A DNA stretch of 62,003 nt, counting the filler, from Hausera hauseri (Eukaryota): assembly GCA_046269625.1 (NCBI GenBank). It is 10 parts of 10 records of this genome, joined end to end, with 100 filler letters (N's around TTAATTAATTAA, not from the genome) between each part and the next. Parts side by side here need not be neighbours in the genome. Positions count along the whole stretch, not along the records: positions 1 to 5,271 come from JBJURY010294613.1; positions 5,372 to 9,828 come from JBJURY010570672.1; positions 9,929 to 16,918 come from JBJURY010045665.1; 7 more parts are not named here. The stretch is one strand, 5' to 3'. The notes below the pieces were generated by a model. It had not been told where the DNA came from. It made no database searches and worked only from the letters and a program-made list of their open reading frames with translations. Below are positions 1 to 14,072 of the stretch, one piece after another. Made by a program: the position numbers and the translations under genes. How positions within the stretch are numbered: the stretch's first letter is position 1; each line of letters starts with the position of its first letter.

Positions 1-2286
1 GACCTACAAAAAGGATACTATCAGATAGAAGTGAAGGAAGAAGATAAGCCGAAAACGGCCTTTTCGATAAGTAAAGGATTATGGGAGTTCAATAGAATGC
101 CATTCGGTTTAAATACGGACCCCGGACCTTTCAAAGAGAAACAGAATTACTACTTTTAGACGCATTATATTCTATGGTGTATATTGGTGATATAATTAGA
201 GCATCATCAAATTTTCAACAACATTTGAAAGACTTACAAGACCTCTTTGATTGATATGAAGTAATGGGTTTAAAAGTAAACCCGAATAAATGATTATTTC
301 CTCAAACCGAAGTCGATTTTTTTGGACATCGAGTCGATAGGTACGGTGTAAAACCTCAGGACAGATTATTAAATAAAATTAAAGATTTTCCAAAACCAAC
401 TACAGTTAACGAATTACGCCGACTTTTAAGGCTAGCAAATTACTATCAAAGATTCATAAAGAATTTTAGTAAAATAACCAAACACTATATGAGTTGTTAC
501 GCGAAAATTTAAAAAAGGTAATATGGACAAGTGATTGCCAGAAGGCTTTTGAGGACTTGAAAGAAAGATTATTGAGCGCTCTACTCTAATCTACCTGACA
601 TGACTAAACCGTTCATACTTGCAACGGATGCAAGTGACTATGGAGTAGGAGCGGTATTATCACAAAAGGACGAAGATGGCAAGAACATCCAGTTGCTTAT
701 GTGTCGAGAAAATTAAACAAACATCAAAAGAAATATGCCGTTATTAAAAAAAATTGCTAGCGGTAATATTCGCACTGGATGTATTCTTACCGTATATTAG
801 TGAGAATAAACCGTTTGTAGTTTATACAGACCATTGACCACTGCAATGGCTGAAGAAACATAAAAATCCCAATAGTAGACTACTACGATGGGCTTTAAAA
901 CTTCAACCTTATACGTTAGATTTTCAGTACAAACCCAGCACACGAAATGCTAACGCGGATTATTTATCAAGAATGTCGCAGAAAGAGATTGAAAGGAAAG
1001 AAGTAAATGCAGCGGTATGGAGCATGAATGGATCCGTAGAGAGGATAAGAGAAAATTAACGAGAGGATAAAGAAATAAAAGCCATTAGAAATTATATACA
1101 AAATAAAATTATGCCCAAGGATAAAGAATTGGCTCGTCATTTAACCAAATTTATTGATGCGTATGAAGAAAAAGATGAATTTCTATACTATATTCATCAA
1201 AATGGATCTGCGTTAGTAATTCCAAAGAAAAACCGAGCGGTATTACTGACCAAATATCATGACGGATTATTAAATGGACATCAATCACTAAGAAAAACGA
1301 TAAACAAATTAAAGAGGAAACACTTTTGGTCTACTATAACAAAGGATGTCCAGAATTGGTGCGATAGCTGCAAACTGTGTGAACACAAAAGAATACGGGA
1401 TCTAAATTTAGAGTTCCTCTGAAAGTATGGGATAATCCACCTGCCCCCTTTGAATTTACTGCGATGGATATAACGGGACCCTTACCAATGACAAGAAACG
1501 GAAACAAATACATCCTGGTATTTATAGATTACTTCACCCGATGGGTTGTTGCTCTGCCCATGCCAGATATGAAAGCGGAAACAATAGCTGAAAAATTTGT
1601 AGAAAATATAATATTTAATTATGGAGCTCCTCGAATCTTGTTGACAGACCAAGCATCTAATTTAACTGGTAATGTAATGCAAGCAATATACGATATTATG
1701 AAGATATTGAAACTGCGGGCCACTCCGGGCATCCAGGGAATAACGGATTGGTTAAACGATATATAAAAGATCTGAAGGAAAAGCTGCAAACAGTAGTTAG
1801 TATAAGACAAGATGACTGGGATTAGTACATTAATACATGTGTCTTTGTGAATCGAACATCTTTAAACGAAGCCACTAAAGAGACACCCTTTTATATGATG
1901 TATCTAAGGGATTCCAGGCTACCGATTAATATGGATTTTAATATTCGGCCCATATCTCAGTTAATGGAAATAGAAGAATATAAACAATTAATGCAGAAAC
2001 GTCTGCAATTATTATGCAAAGTAATAAAGGATAACCTGAAGGAATATAAAATGAAGGATAAAAAGTAGCATGACGAGAAGACGAAGCAACCGATAATCAA
2101 AGTAGGAGATAAAATAATGTTATACACACCGGTAAATAAGAAGGACAAGACATGCAAGCTAGATAGACCTTATAAGGGACGGTACGAATTAGAAAAGTAG
2201 ACCTACCTAATGTATGTTTAAAGAAAAATAACACCAAAATTAAAGTACATGTCAGTAGATTTAAACCTGCCCCTAAGGAGAGCAAA
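1..2286 (+). mobile_element. pol: Ty3/Gypsy pol (RT C-terminal part, RNase H, integrase), degenerate with frameshifts and stops
   Basis: DLQKGYYQI and EFNRMPFGL (RT); FILATDASDYGVGAVLSQ and ANADYLSR (RNase H); HHCC zinc finger HDGLLNGH...CDSCKLC, DITGPLP, IDYFTRW, LTDQ (integrase). RT-RH-IN order is that of Ty3/Gypsy. Confidence 0.95.
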
Positions 2287-3690
2287 TTGAGAAACGATGA
2301 TCAGGAGTTTGTATGTTCCATTAATTATGAAAAGAGAAGTAATAAAACCCCAAATTACGAGATACACAAATATCTCTGTTTAATGATTTTTATAGGAATA
2401 CCAGGCCTATTAGCCCAAACGACAAAACCACTCAATCCATGGATGAGAACATTCCCTTCAAACGAAACGTTAGAAAGTAGTTTGATAAAAAGTATTTCTC
2501 ACGAGATATCCTATACAAGGAAAGGTGAAAAATGTATCAGATTTATGATATTTGAAAGGTTACCCAACCAGTATATGATAGGAATTCAACTAATCCATGA
2601 GTATAATTACGAACAAATCCCGAAACAACAAAAGTATTACTGTTGTCTTACTTATTGGAAAAACCCAACGGATTGTATAGTAGACGACTCTGGTAACTCT
2701 CATATACTATACCCTGATCAAGAGGCATAAGAATAGCTACCAATGGCAATATACCAAGTGTCGAGGTATCATACAAGTCCATAATAGACGAACAATGAAT
2801 GTGACTAAATTAGACGAGATAATAATAGCTCAAATTACCACTAAGCCGCTAGGATTTAAAAGCGGACGACGTTGTATCGAAATTAGAACGACGATAGAAT
2901 TGGAAGAGAACAGAGCAATAAGTATAACATTTACCGACGTCCAAAAGAAGCAAAAGATACCCACAAAATGCCAACTGACTCATAAGCATCTCCGAGTCTG
3001 CTGTAACGTTTTACGAGGAAAAACCTGACTTAGAATTTGTGTTAGTACGAAAGGATTCAGAGAGTATCAAGACTAACTCATCAAGGACCCAAAATATATG
3101 TTCAACTCAAAAATATTGAATATGACGACGATGGGCAACCAAGTGTTACGACACCTGTTACGAAATCCTCACTGTTTAATAAAATAAGAGAAATGACCGT
3201 CCTTATTCAACCTCACGCTTCATCCTATCGTTATAAGCGTTCCGTTTTAGAAAATGTTACAATATCTTCCACGTCCACCTCCCTAGTTGTAGCTACCCAA
3301 CCTGATTTAAACTTTTATAAAATTAAACTGATCTGTAAACTAGACCTAAAGATTGTCGCCAAAGGCGTAATTACGCCAGATGATACTATAGTACCATGCG
3401 CCAATCTAAGTCCAAACACCAAGTATATAGTCATATTGCAACTGTAAAACGATGACAATACGATAATTTCCACTAAATTACTAACGGCTTCAACAAAAGC
3501 CAAAATACAGTAAAAAGTAGAAAGCAAAATAAACACAAGTTAGAGTAAAAGTCCACCAAAATTACGTTATACCTATTCCCGAATAGAATTAATAATAATA
3601 TGAACGGTTTACCCCATAGTTTTCCTAATTGTGTTAGTGTTTATTATAAAAATAATTGTTTGTACGAAAAAACGTCGCAGATCAAACTGA
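2287..3690 (+). pseudogene. Post-integrase type I membrane protein (signal peptide, two Cys-rich units, FN3-like domain, TM anchor), degenerate
   Basis: In frame with the integrase tail (VHVSRFKPAPKESKLRND...). Signal-like YLCLMIFIGIPGLLA; two C...CC units; CANLSPNTKYIVIL (FN3 L-x-P-x-T-x-Y motif); TM VYPIVFLIVLVFIIKIIVC followed by TKKRRR. Confidence 0.7.
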
Positions 3691-3930
3691 GTTAGAATAG
3701 ACATGCGACGTATACCGAATATCTTGGATACTGATAATCCAAGTTGACGATGGCTTCTGTGGATTGTTGTCGACGCAATCCGAAAAATTAAGATAACTGA
3801 ATATTACTCAGTTACCGCAAAAACCAATAAGAAATTTAAAATAACAACGATTACCAAATTGAAATATATGATAACCGTTGTACTATATTTAAGATTTTGT
3901 GATATGTATATGACGTTGATTTTTATAGTA

Positions 3931-5232
3931 ATGGACATTCAAGCCGTGCAGCGCAGCAAGAATTTTTATGAAAACACCAGAAATCATCTCATAAACGCAA
4001 ATCCTTCCAACCAATATCATATCCGAGTCAACGAAAACACCTACAGTCTTAATTATCCACTAGTTCAGCAGATGCCCAATAATCTCAAAGGGTATGCAGT
4101 GGGAAATCGATCATTGGCGTTAGTTCACATAACAAAGGCCACCTTATTTCTTCTGCAAAATTTGATTAGCTTTCCGGATAAATTTTATAGTGTTAATATC
4201 TACGACATCATCGGCAAGTTCCAGATAAAATTAAAGGACGTGAAAACAAATCAGCAAGGAGAATTAATCAGTTTGGACCCAAATCACAGAATGATGCTCC
4301 CATTCGATTTAATCAAAAGAAAAACCCTCAAGATTCGGACGTTAACCAATCGAATCATGCTCGGAATAGAGCTAATAAAAGCAGAACCCATCTGGACGAC
4401 ACCCGCACAAGGGAAGTGCTTCAACTTGACGGAACCCGACTATTTAAAATATACCAGTAGATCGTATCGAAGGATGCCTCAAGTCTCTAACGAAAATATC
4501 GTAGTTTCTGCAGTCAATTTGGCATATGATCAAAATAACCAGATTACGCCGTTAGAATGTTCAGTAATAAACCTCCAGGGAGATACCCTGTTCTATACAT
4601 TAATAACCCCACGACAAAGAATCAATAATTTTGATTCCCATATGACAGGACTTACCGAAAACAACATTAACAACCAAATGGATGCTAATTCATTCTATCA
4701 AAAGATTTCAGCCCTTTTGAATGACAAGATAGTTGTTGGAGCCGGAGTACTAGAGATGTTACTGAAACATCTCCTTTGTCCACTACGTCGAATTATGGGA
4801 GTGCGTAATGTGCTTTATCACAAAGACATAATTCGGACGTACAAACTGAAAACAAAAGCCTATAAGGAGTTGGCCAAAAAGTTCTATGAAATGAAAGGAA
4901 TGACACTCCGCAGTATGGCACTGGTACAATGTTACCACGCCTTATATAAAACTTTACGATGGGATGACGAATTGATAAATGAGACGACGGCCTCGGACAG
5001 GGTCCTAATAATACCAAAATAGCCATCTTCCACGAAACGAAGGATCGAGATAGAGGAAGAAGTATTAATAGATGGCGAAATCTTTAAGCCAGACGGATTA
5101 CGATACAAATCAAAATCAGGAAAACTATCTTCCGTTTCCTGCCATCCAATCATTAAATTCGGGACAATTTTCTTCTGCCCCGCCCTCCGCAATCTGATCG
5201 AATTTCAGTCCACAGCACTAAATGAAAAATAA
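3931..5232 (+). CDS. 3' accessory ORF with a DEDDh/REX4-ISG20-like exonuclease fold lacking catalytic acidic residues (one stop at 5020-5022)
   Basis: ECSVINLQGDTLFYTLITPRQRINNFDSHMTGLT...QKISALLNDKIVVG matches the REX4/ISG20 pattern S(I/L)VN..G.VLYD..(V/I).P...V.DY...VSGI...L.G.I.VGH. Probable ATG at 3931 after acceptor TTTTATAG. Confidence 0.7.
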
Positions 5233-5271
5233 AGTCAGCACTAAATGAAAATAAATAAACAAACCTCTGAA

Positions 5272-5371
5272 NNNNNNNNNNNNNNNNNNNNNNNNNNNNN
5301 NNNNNNNNNNNNNNNTTAATTAATTAANNNNNNNNNNNNNNNNNNNNNNNNNNNNNNNNNNNNNNNNNNNN
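5272..5371. other. Artificial contig spacer N44-TTAATTAATTAA-N44 (also 9829-9928, 16919-17018, 21565-21664, 29116-29215, 33336-33435, 39870-39969, 46770-46869, 53738-53837)
   Basis: Nine identical 100-nt blocks whose core puts stop codons in all six frames. Confidence 0.99.
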
Positions 5372-5950
5372 CCTGCGACTGATGGCAGCTGCCGACCAAC
5401 TCTACGAGTCGCTGGTGCCCTCGGAGAGTCAACTGATCCCAGACCGTCAAGATACTCGTGGACGGAAACCCATGACCAGGACTCACTGTCCACGCGATGG
5501 TCCCACGTCAACCCGTCGTCGCCGGTTGGAGCCGGAAAGAATCAAATCGTCATCAACTGATTCTGGTTCGGACGACATGCCGATCCGTTCACGCCGGAAG
5601 TCGGTTATCAACGCGATTCTCTCCTCCACTGAGGATTCCTATACCTCGGCCGACACCGATTGTAATAAAAATAAACGTTGCGACGATTATTCAGCTTTAT
5701 TTCCCTGTTTTTTGTTCGCTTTCGTTTGGTTTTATTGTTTTATCGACTTGGTGTTACGGGATAAAATTAAGTCCTGCATTAAGCATCAAACAACTAAAGT
5801 TCACTTTCTCCGCTAGATTCACTTTTCTCGGTTTCATTTCCGGAGGGCAATAATTCAGGAGTTTTCAATTCCTCGTCTTGTACAAAGGTTTGTCTCTTCG
5901 TTTTACTTTTTCTTTTCAGTATCCGATTCTGATGCTGGAGGCTTTTCGGC

Positions 5951-6880
5951 CTACCCACTGAAGCAATAATTGTTTTTTCGTTGCTTATTTTTGTGCCTCT
6001 TTTCGCAAACTTGCTGCTCCTTTAACTCAAGGTACAGCCGTTTTAGTTCAGCTAGCTTATCCTCATTTTTTACTGTATGAGTCTTGCTTTCTTTTAGTTT
6101 ATATCTAATTGTTTGCTGAAGTTTTTCTATCGTATCTTCAAGCTCTGTATCGGTGGTCTCATATTCTTTGTCTGCGTCAGACATGTTTCCAATCATTTCG
6201 ACATTCTTTTTCTTTTGATTAAACTGTGCCTGATTAAGACAGGATTGAGCCATATGTCCATATTTTTGACGTGAAAAACACAATGGTTGCCCATCTTCAT
6301 TGACCGGAGGCTTTATCATTGCAGATTTCTGGACTTTATTTTGCCAGAAAACCTTTTTCTGTTGCTCTGGCTGATTTTGATACTGAAGGGCACATGCATA
6401 CTCTTGCACGGTTCCACCTTTTCTTTGACGTCGTCTGTTAAACTCTCCAATTTGACCTTTTCTTGACGGGTTTACTAATAGTGTTTCCTCCATGGCGTTC
6501 TTAAGGCTAGTTCAATCAGCATTGTCTTCATCATCTTTTGTTTGCGTATAAGCACTGAGTGCTATACCTTTAAGGTGTAAAAAGGGAGTCGCTTCATCCT
6601 AAGCTCATCTGCCTATTCGTAACTTTCATAGTACATTTCGTACTGCATGAAAAATTCGCTGTAGTCTTGATCCGGCTTGGCTTCACATTTGTCCATGGGT
6701 AACACCATGACTCCAATCAAATTGCTACCTAAACTTGGACCTAATCCTGGACTTGACATTGGGTTATTTTCTTCTATTCTGATTTGAGGATTTTCGTCTG
6801 ATTTGGAACTACTCCTTGCCGAATCAGTGCGTGAAATTGTATTATTAGCGTTAACTCTGCTTCGAGTGTTATACGCCAGT
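5951..6880 (-). pseudogene. gag: Degenerate Ty3/Gypsy gag
   Basis: AYNTRS N-terminus; RLP.HLKGIALSAY; RRQRKGGTVQEYACAL (capsid major-homology-like); decayed zinc knuckle LCFSRQKYGHMAQSC. Confidence 0.8.
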
Positions 6881-9800
6881 GTGTCTCTTCACTCGGGGCA
6901 CAAGTGTTAAGTTTAAAGATCCGAAAGGAGTTTGGGTCTCGCGGCATCAAACTTATGTTATTACTTAATTACAAGAGAAGCTTAGGGTTTCTCAGTACCT
7001 TTAGGCAAGGTTTAATATTTATTCTTCTGAACAGCCTGTGGGGTCTGTTGAATAGGCTAATTGACCCTTATGTGAGTTCGGTCTCAGGAGAAACACTGAG
7101 CGAACACCCCTTACTTATTAGATTTTAAACATCTGGCAAATTACGGGGCCGGAATACCAGTTATTTGTTTCTTACTACATAATTCCTTACTTACGATTAC
7201 AAAGCAAGAGATTAATTATTCAAATATGACACAATTAAAACAATACTGATTACAATAGAGAAAAATAAATAAAATCAATAAAATACAATAATAAAACACT
7301 TAAAATCACTATAAAACATCGAAGAAGTCATTTGAATCAGTGTTAAGTCAATTACGTCAGTTTTTCTTTTACGTCGTCTAATAACTAAATAACACTAGTA
7401 TTTATACTAATCTATGGCACACATTTTTGTTAATGAATTTATTACTTAATTTTTAAATTGTTGAATTTATGGATTGGAAAAAGGTAAAACTGCTTTATTT
7501 AAGCCGCATGAAAATTGGATTTTAATCCTTAATTTAATTCTGACTTCAATTAAATTTTAAAATTTAAAATTAAATTAAGTTTGCTTTACTTGTTCTTTAT
7601 CACTAACTGTTTTCCTAATTCCAAAAGAAATAATCGTCTGTGGGTTTTGATTTCATCCAGTCGGAGTTAGTCGTAGTCCAAGCTACTAATACATGTAACA
7701 TCAATTATATTATAAAACAGTAAAGAAGATTACTCTGCAAAGTCGGAGGATCAAAATCCTGAAGTTCAACTGCTTTGTTTTCGTTCATAATTGAAATAAG
7801 TCCAAAGAGTTTTTAAAGTATTTATTTATCCATTATTTAAACAAATTAAAAATAAATAATAATTTGCTTATTATTTACTTTTGCTGCTCCATTACTGTAT
7901 GTGTACACTACTACATAACAGACGACATACTGAATTAACGGCACTTCTTTGTAAAATTAATATATTTGTTAAAATATTCATTAAAACGTAATGTTTCTTT
8001 TATTATTTATTTATTATTTTAAATTTAATGGTAAAAGATTGCGGCTGTGGTTCTGATAATTCGTGCAATGTTGTAATCAATGTATAATATAAAATCACTG
8101 GAAAAGTTAAGTTGGACACAATACTAGTGAGAGTTAATTATGTTAAACTACAGATCATTTTATTGAAATTTAAACTTATATAATCTTTCATTCAGCTCAC
8201 CAGACAGTAAAACGGAAAATATATTTAATAGTTATTGTTTTATTGCATAGAAAATCACTGCATATTCTACATGTAGCTCAATGATACCAACCACATTTGA
8301 GCAAAATAATAATTATATACATATAATAAATTTTCAATTCTTATTTTCTGTTAGTAAGTATCTTCATTCATTCAAAGAAACATAATTTTCACTAAGAAAG
8401 ATAAACACATTTTTCTGCAATAAAGCTAAGCAAAAGATGGACAAGAAATAAAACAACAATCACACTAAGAAGATGAACAGTTTGACATTTTGTATACATG
8501 AATAGCTTTGTGTCAGTTTGATGAACAAGGCCGTCTCCTGTGTAGACTAATTTCCTCAGTTTGCTATTGGCATCTATTTATTTCATGGTCAGTAAATATT
8601 ATCAGATCATACAAAAATATGTTGCCAACACATCTGCAGAGAATGATGATGTTTTTAATAAGAAGAACCAATGAAAAAGTTCCGAATTATCTTCTTTAGA
8701 CGTTCCATGTGCAGATGCGCATTTTTAATACCAAAAGGATATTTATTTGACCAATTTGGCGTTAGTAATTTGCAGGCTTAAGCCAATATTTCGATTGCAT
8801 TGAAGTGTTTGCTCACATTCAATATCCAATAGTTCCATAAGTCGACATGAACAGTACTCGAATAGTAGCATTTCCTAACACTTGACTGTAAATTCATGTC
8901 GACAAAGGTGGACAACTTTGAATGTCGACGTCGACATAACTGTTATAAGAGTTAATGACAAAGCGGTAGAATTTTTGTCAAAATAAACGGGATGTCGAGA
9001 TTAGCGGCATCAACGTTAGTAGGTAGCACTATAATTAGTTTTATATAGTTTGAGGATTAATGGAGCAGTTTTGCTGAACTTTGTCAAATGTATTGACGAT
9101 AAAAGAGTAATTCGTTACAAGTATCATACATGTATCAAATTCTTATGTAAAAATCAAAGTTGTTACACGGTAAATTATAGAGTTAATTACCGTACTTAGT
9201 GCATTCATCTTTTTGTTTTTTATTAAAATAAAGAATTCTAAGGCTAATTAGTTAAAATATCCAAAGGAACATCAATTACAGATAGGCACAATATTGAAAC
9301 ACTATCGTGATCGGGATTAAATAAATGTTGTGGCGAAAAGTAGACCACAACGAGAAATGTCATGGCCACAAAAATATCCGGTTAACGTCGTCCGATATAT
9401 TACGAAAATTTTCGTCTTATATGTATATTGGACTGTGTCCTCCGTAGCTTTCCGACATCTTGACCACAAGGACATTGCCTAATCAAGAAGATTTGTCTAA
9501 AGACAATTTACGTTTGACTCGTCGACTCAATAGTGAAATTGTGTGTTGTGACAAAAGTTTTGCTATTCAGAAAAATGGTATAAATCGTCGTACTAAAGAG
9601 GATCGATTTGTTTTGAAGTACCAACTACTGATTGTGAAACATAAAATTATTATGTGAGATAGGGAGATAATTCATCTCAAATTTAAAAATGTTAATCTCA
9701 TATGATTACACTCAATTCCCGATTAACCGTAATCGGGTTATCCCCGTTGCGGCTTAACCACGATAAGCCCAAAATAAAAAAAATCGTCCATGTACAGTGG

Positions 9801-10230
9801 AATCTGTGGCCCAAAGACATATAAGGGANNNNNNNNNNNNNNNNNNNNNNNNNNNNNNNNNNNNNNNNNNNNTTAATTAATTAANNNNNNNNNNNNNNNN
9901 NNNNNNNNNNNNNNNNNNNNNNNNNNNNGAGAAAATCGTCAGCTACACCGAATAGAGTAGTGGATGGCGAATTATACGAATTGTCACACTCGGCTGTATC
10001 ATAACAAAGTCAAGTGATATGATATATTTGTCTGGACGATCATTCATACCGACACTTGCAGTTCTGAATCAGTCTCTGGCGGTAGTGAATGTAAAAAATA
10101 CCAACGATAAATAGTGTTTTCTTTACAGTATTCTGGCGGTATTGAAATACGACGAAGTGGACAGACATAGTGTATCTCGTCCGAAACAGTAAAGAAATAT
10201 TTTTCAGAATCGGATTTCGATAAAAGCTGA

Positions 10231-13037
10231 ATGCCGATGAAACTGAAATCCATTCCGGCTTTTGAACGAAGTAATACGACACTGATAATCAACGTGTTCC
10301 GGTACAAACCAGTCGTAGAAATACCGGCGGATGAAGAAATTTACAAAAATCCTCATGTAAATATACTCTATCGAAGTCGGAACTCAAATGGTCACTCAGT
10401 AGTAAATTTGTTGCTACTGAAGCAAGCAGATAAATTTCACTACGTGGCAGCAACCAACTTTGACAGACTACTTAACATGGTTCACCATCAGTTTGTCCAA
10501 AAGTGTATACAATGTAAATGGTATCCTGTATATCTGCGTGGATTCAGGTCGTAAACATCATGGAAGAAACATGTGACTCTGTGCAGACAAAATTCATCGG
10601 AAACCACAATGTATGTCATGCCCATCAAAAAGGAACTCAGGTTCACAGATTGGTCAAAAACAGACAGTCCGGCATATGTGGTATATGCCAATATTGAGGC
10701 AATTCTACCACAGCACAACGTGCACGATCAAAAGCACGTTCCAATCGCCGTTGGTATGTTGATTGCCCAAATAAAAGCGGTTGGTTAGCCACAGTATTAC
10801 GCCTTTCACGCCTGGACCTGTGTGCGTGATTTCCTGCAGCGTTTGGAAACGATAGTAGAAACGGAAATCACACCGCGGTATCACAATAACAGCACAAAAC
10901 CCCTGATTTGGACAGATGAAGATGAACGCCTAACGTTTGCAGCCACCGATGAATGTTACCTGTGCCACAACAAAATATTGCCGGAACGGCTCGTACCGGA
11001 TCACGACCATTTTACCGGTCAACACTTGGGAGCAGCATGCAACCATGCAATTTGGCAAGAGGGGTGCGGCCATTCCTGCCGGTGATATTTCATAACTTCA
11101 GGGATTATGACTGTCACCATATTCTGAAATGGGCCATAAACGGATTTCCGCACTGGGAGCTATCCATAATCCCAACAACAATGGAGAAGTACCTGTCCCT
11201 ATCGGCAAGCATAAACCGGTTTCAGGTACGGTTTCTTGACTCATTGCAGTTCCTCAATGAGTCTCTAGCAAAGCTCGTAAATGCCTTGTCGAATGTGCCG
11301 CTAACACTGACACAGTTCCCCACACATATTGCACGCAGCAAAGGCATATTCCCATATGACTTTGCCGTGTCATATGAGCGACTCCGGACAACAGAGGAAT
11401 TATCGCCGCCATGGACAGGTATCACAGAAGATGAATATCAGAGAGAACAGGAATCTTGGACAGAGCTCGGTTGTAGAAACATTTTGGACTCTATGCTTCA
11501 GTATCTAAAACTCGATGTATACCTATTAGTATATGTGTTTCAGACATTTCGGGCTAAAGCGTTGGAGGAAGATGGATTAGAACCACTCAACTTTTACTCA
11601 ATACCTGGAATGAGTTGGACATCGGCACTAATGTCACTGGATCGTGACATTGAGCTGCTACAAGCTCAGAAATGTACCGACTGTTTGATGTTGGCATTCG
11701 TGACGGTATGACATTTGTCAACAAGCATCACGTAACTAGTGATGACGAGGATACAACGTCAATGTTGTACATCGATATTAATAACCTGTACGGCTAGGCG
11801 CTTTCACAACCCTTGCCGTAAGCTTCATTTGAATGGATAATGGACAAACAAGAACTGGATACATTGCTGGACAGTCTGCCAGCAACAAGCACGGCAGAAA
11901 GCAGCTCAGTTGGCTACCCAATGGAAGTTAATCTTGTGGTACCGGATGAGCTGCATGACTTTCTGGATGAACTACCGGTCGCATCAATTAGCCAATGTCC
12001 ACCCGGTGGCTCATAAGTAAAGAAACTGCTCATGGCACATAAACCCAAATCGATTTCTATGGTTCTTTGGCGTCTGCTGCAGTTTTACATGCGGCTCGGT
12101 GTATGCGTCACACAGCTGCATCGTGCAATCCGCTTCAATCAGGTGCCGATATTTAAGGCGTATATTGATGGGAAATCTGGGAAACGCGCTGCAGCTTGTA
12201 CAAAGTTCGAAAAGGACTATTACAAGCTCAAAAACAATTCACTTTACGGGAAAACAGTGGAAAATCTGAAGAAGCGGCTCAATGTGCGCTAGTGCAACAA
12301 CGACAAACGATTAGTTACGTACACCAGTAAGGCTCAGTTCACGCGGTCAATGCACATTGCCGATGGATTGATCGCCGTACTTCTAAACCGCGAAAAAGTC
12401 GTACTGGACCGGCCAAGCTACATCGGACAAGTGGTATTAGACCCGAGCAAGTTGCGAATGTACGAGCTCCAATATCGAGACTTGGCACGTTACCGGCAAA
12501 TGTTCGGCGGCGGCGGCGGCGGCGGCGGTGGCTGCGAGATCAGTATCGTTGCCTGTGACAGACAGTTTCTTCCTTGAGATGAAAAACATCAATCGAGACC
12601 AGCTGCTCCGACAAATGATGTCAGGTAGACTACTGGACACGTCCAACTACCCACCGGACCATCCACTGTACAGCAGCGCGATAAGAAACAAAATCGGCTG
12701 CTTCAAGGACGAAAGTGAAGGCGGGTTTCAATACAGCGAATGGATATTTTTGCGCCCAAAGTGTTACAGTCTTCTGACAGACTGTGGACCGAAAATGCGG
12801 GCAAAAGGCATCCACCTGAAGCATACGGAAATGAATCACGGTGATTATCGCCATGCCTATGATGGACAAGAAAACTGAGAAGGAGGAAAGGCTGTTGTGT
12901 CTCAAACGACCATACGATCGATTGAGCACCAGCTATATACCATCACAAATAAAAAAGTTGCTTTATCATGCAACGATGACAAGCGAAAGTGAGTGGGGCG
13001 AAATATGAGTTGGGCGTACGGACATTGGCGTTTGTGA
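10231..13037 (+). pseudogene. pPolB: Protein-primed family B DNA polymerase of a Polinton/Maverick, with an endonuclease VII-like insertion; degenerate
   Basis: FHNFRDYDCH (ExoII), FLDSLQFL, KGIFPY, YLKLDV (ExoIII), YIDINNLYG, KLKNNSLYGK, TDS, GCFKDE, LRPKCY, AKGI, DDKR, YGHW; CYLC...DHDHFTG..GAAC motif. Confidence 0.92.
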
Positions 13038-13329
13038 TAGCACACGTTCAGTAACAAAACAGTTCAGTCAGTACAAAGATGCAATTCAGACCAGCCAGAT
13101 CATTGTGACATTTGTGATCTTTGTTTGTTTTACATTCATCTGCTGTACATGTGATCAATAAAGTATTTGTACACTAGTTTTTGTCTTCTGTTTTATAACA
13201 AGGAAATGCGGCTTAAGTTGGGTTATCGAAAAAAACCTCATATTACTCAAAATCTCAAATACTTTTCACAACACAACACAAAAACTCATTTTATTACAAA
13301 TCCTAATCTAAAAACACCAAAAACTAAAG

Positions 13330-13698
13330 TCAATTCATAAGGGTAAACTTCCCCAACTTCCACATTAGCGATTTAATACCACACAGTTCTTTATATCCTT
13401 TTAGCTTCATTGCTACGTATACTTTTACTCCTTCTGTTGACAAAACTGCTGTTTGCCCATTCGCACGCACAATTTTAGCCATGTTGCCTTTAAGAAAAAG
13501 CAAGGATGTGTCCAGAATATCATTGGACAACATTAAATCATTGTCCACTTTCTTCATCTTTTCCTCCAATGCATCCAAGTCACTGTCACCTATTTTCTTT
13601 GCCAAAAGGCCATATTTTACCTGATTCATTTTGATCAGTGTTGATAACTGCACTACAATACGGGTTCGCAGGAAATGTAGATTGTACCCGTTATACAC
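13330..13698 (-). CDS. Polinton-associated hypothetical protein
   Basis: Intact ~100-120 aa ORF within the Polinton gene block; no motif recognised. Confidence 0.35.
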   Translation of the reverse strand: MYNGYNLHFLRTRIVVQLSTLIKMNQVKYGLLAKKIGDSDLDALEEKMKKVDNDLMLSNDILDTSLLFLKGNMAKIVRANGQTAVLSTEGVKVYVAMKLKGYKELCGIKSLMWKLGKFTLMN

Positions 13699-14072
13699 TC
13701 TGGACTATCTGATGGAATACGGGCCGTACTTGGACTCACTGTTGCTTTCTAAATGCATATTAAGGACAAAAATAGTAAAAATGAAATGGACTTACTGCAA
13801 CCTGGCACAATTGAACTGTCGTTGTTGTTGTAGATGCTGTTGTATTGTCGTGCAGACATTTTAGAGACAAAGTGAAATGAAAAGACATCCGTATTTATAT
13901 CAACTTTTATTTTCATTCTAAACAATAGACATTTAATTTGTAAGTATTTCCTCATATCATAACAAAGATATATATTGTCTCATCACAATGATACATACAC
14001 TAGTTCTGAACTAATCAATTGACCAATATGAACCATGTTTATAGAAAGAAAGAAAGAGAGAAATACATTTAT

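Noticed and set aside
5272-5371. Recurrent TTAATTAATTAA palindrome as a biological repeat, and gene adjacency across N blocks
   Set aside because: Identical 100-nt artificial linker; neighbouring contigs are not physically linked.
6866-6880. TGGCGTATAAC as a PBS for the minus-strand gag
   Set aside because: Better read as the mutated gag start (M>L)AYNTRS.
7780-8960. Possible decayed piggyBac-like element ending in GAGTTAA
   Set aside because: No second terminus or convincing transposase motif could be found.
12505-12531. Poly-Gly/poly-Ala ORF segments in pPolB
   Set aside because: GGC microsatellite expansion in a dead gene.
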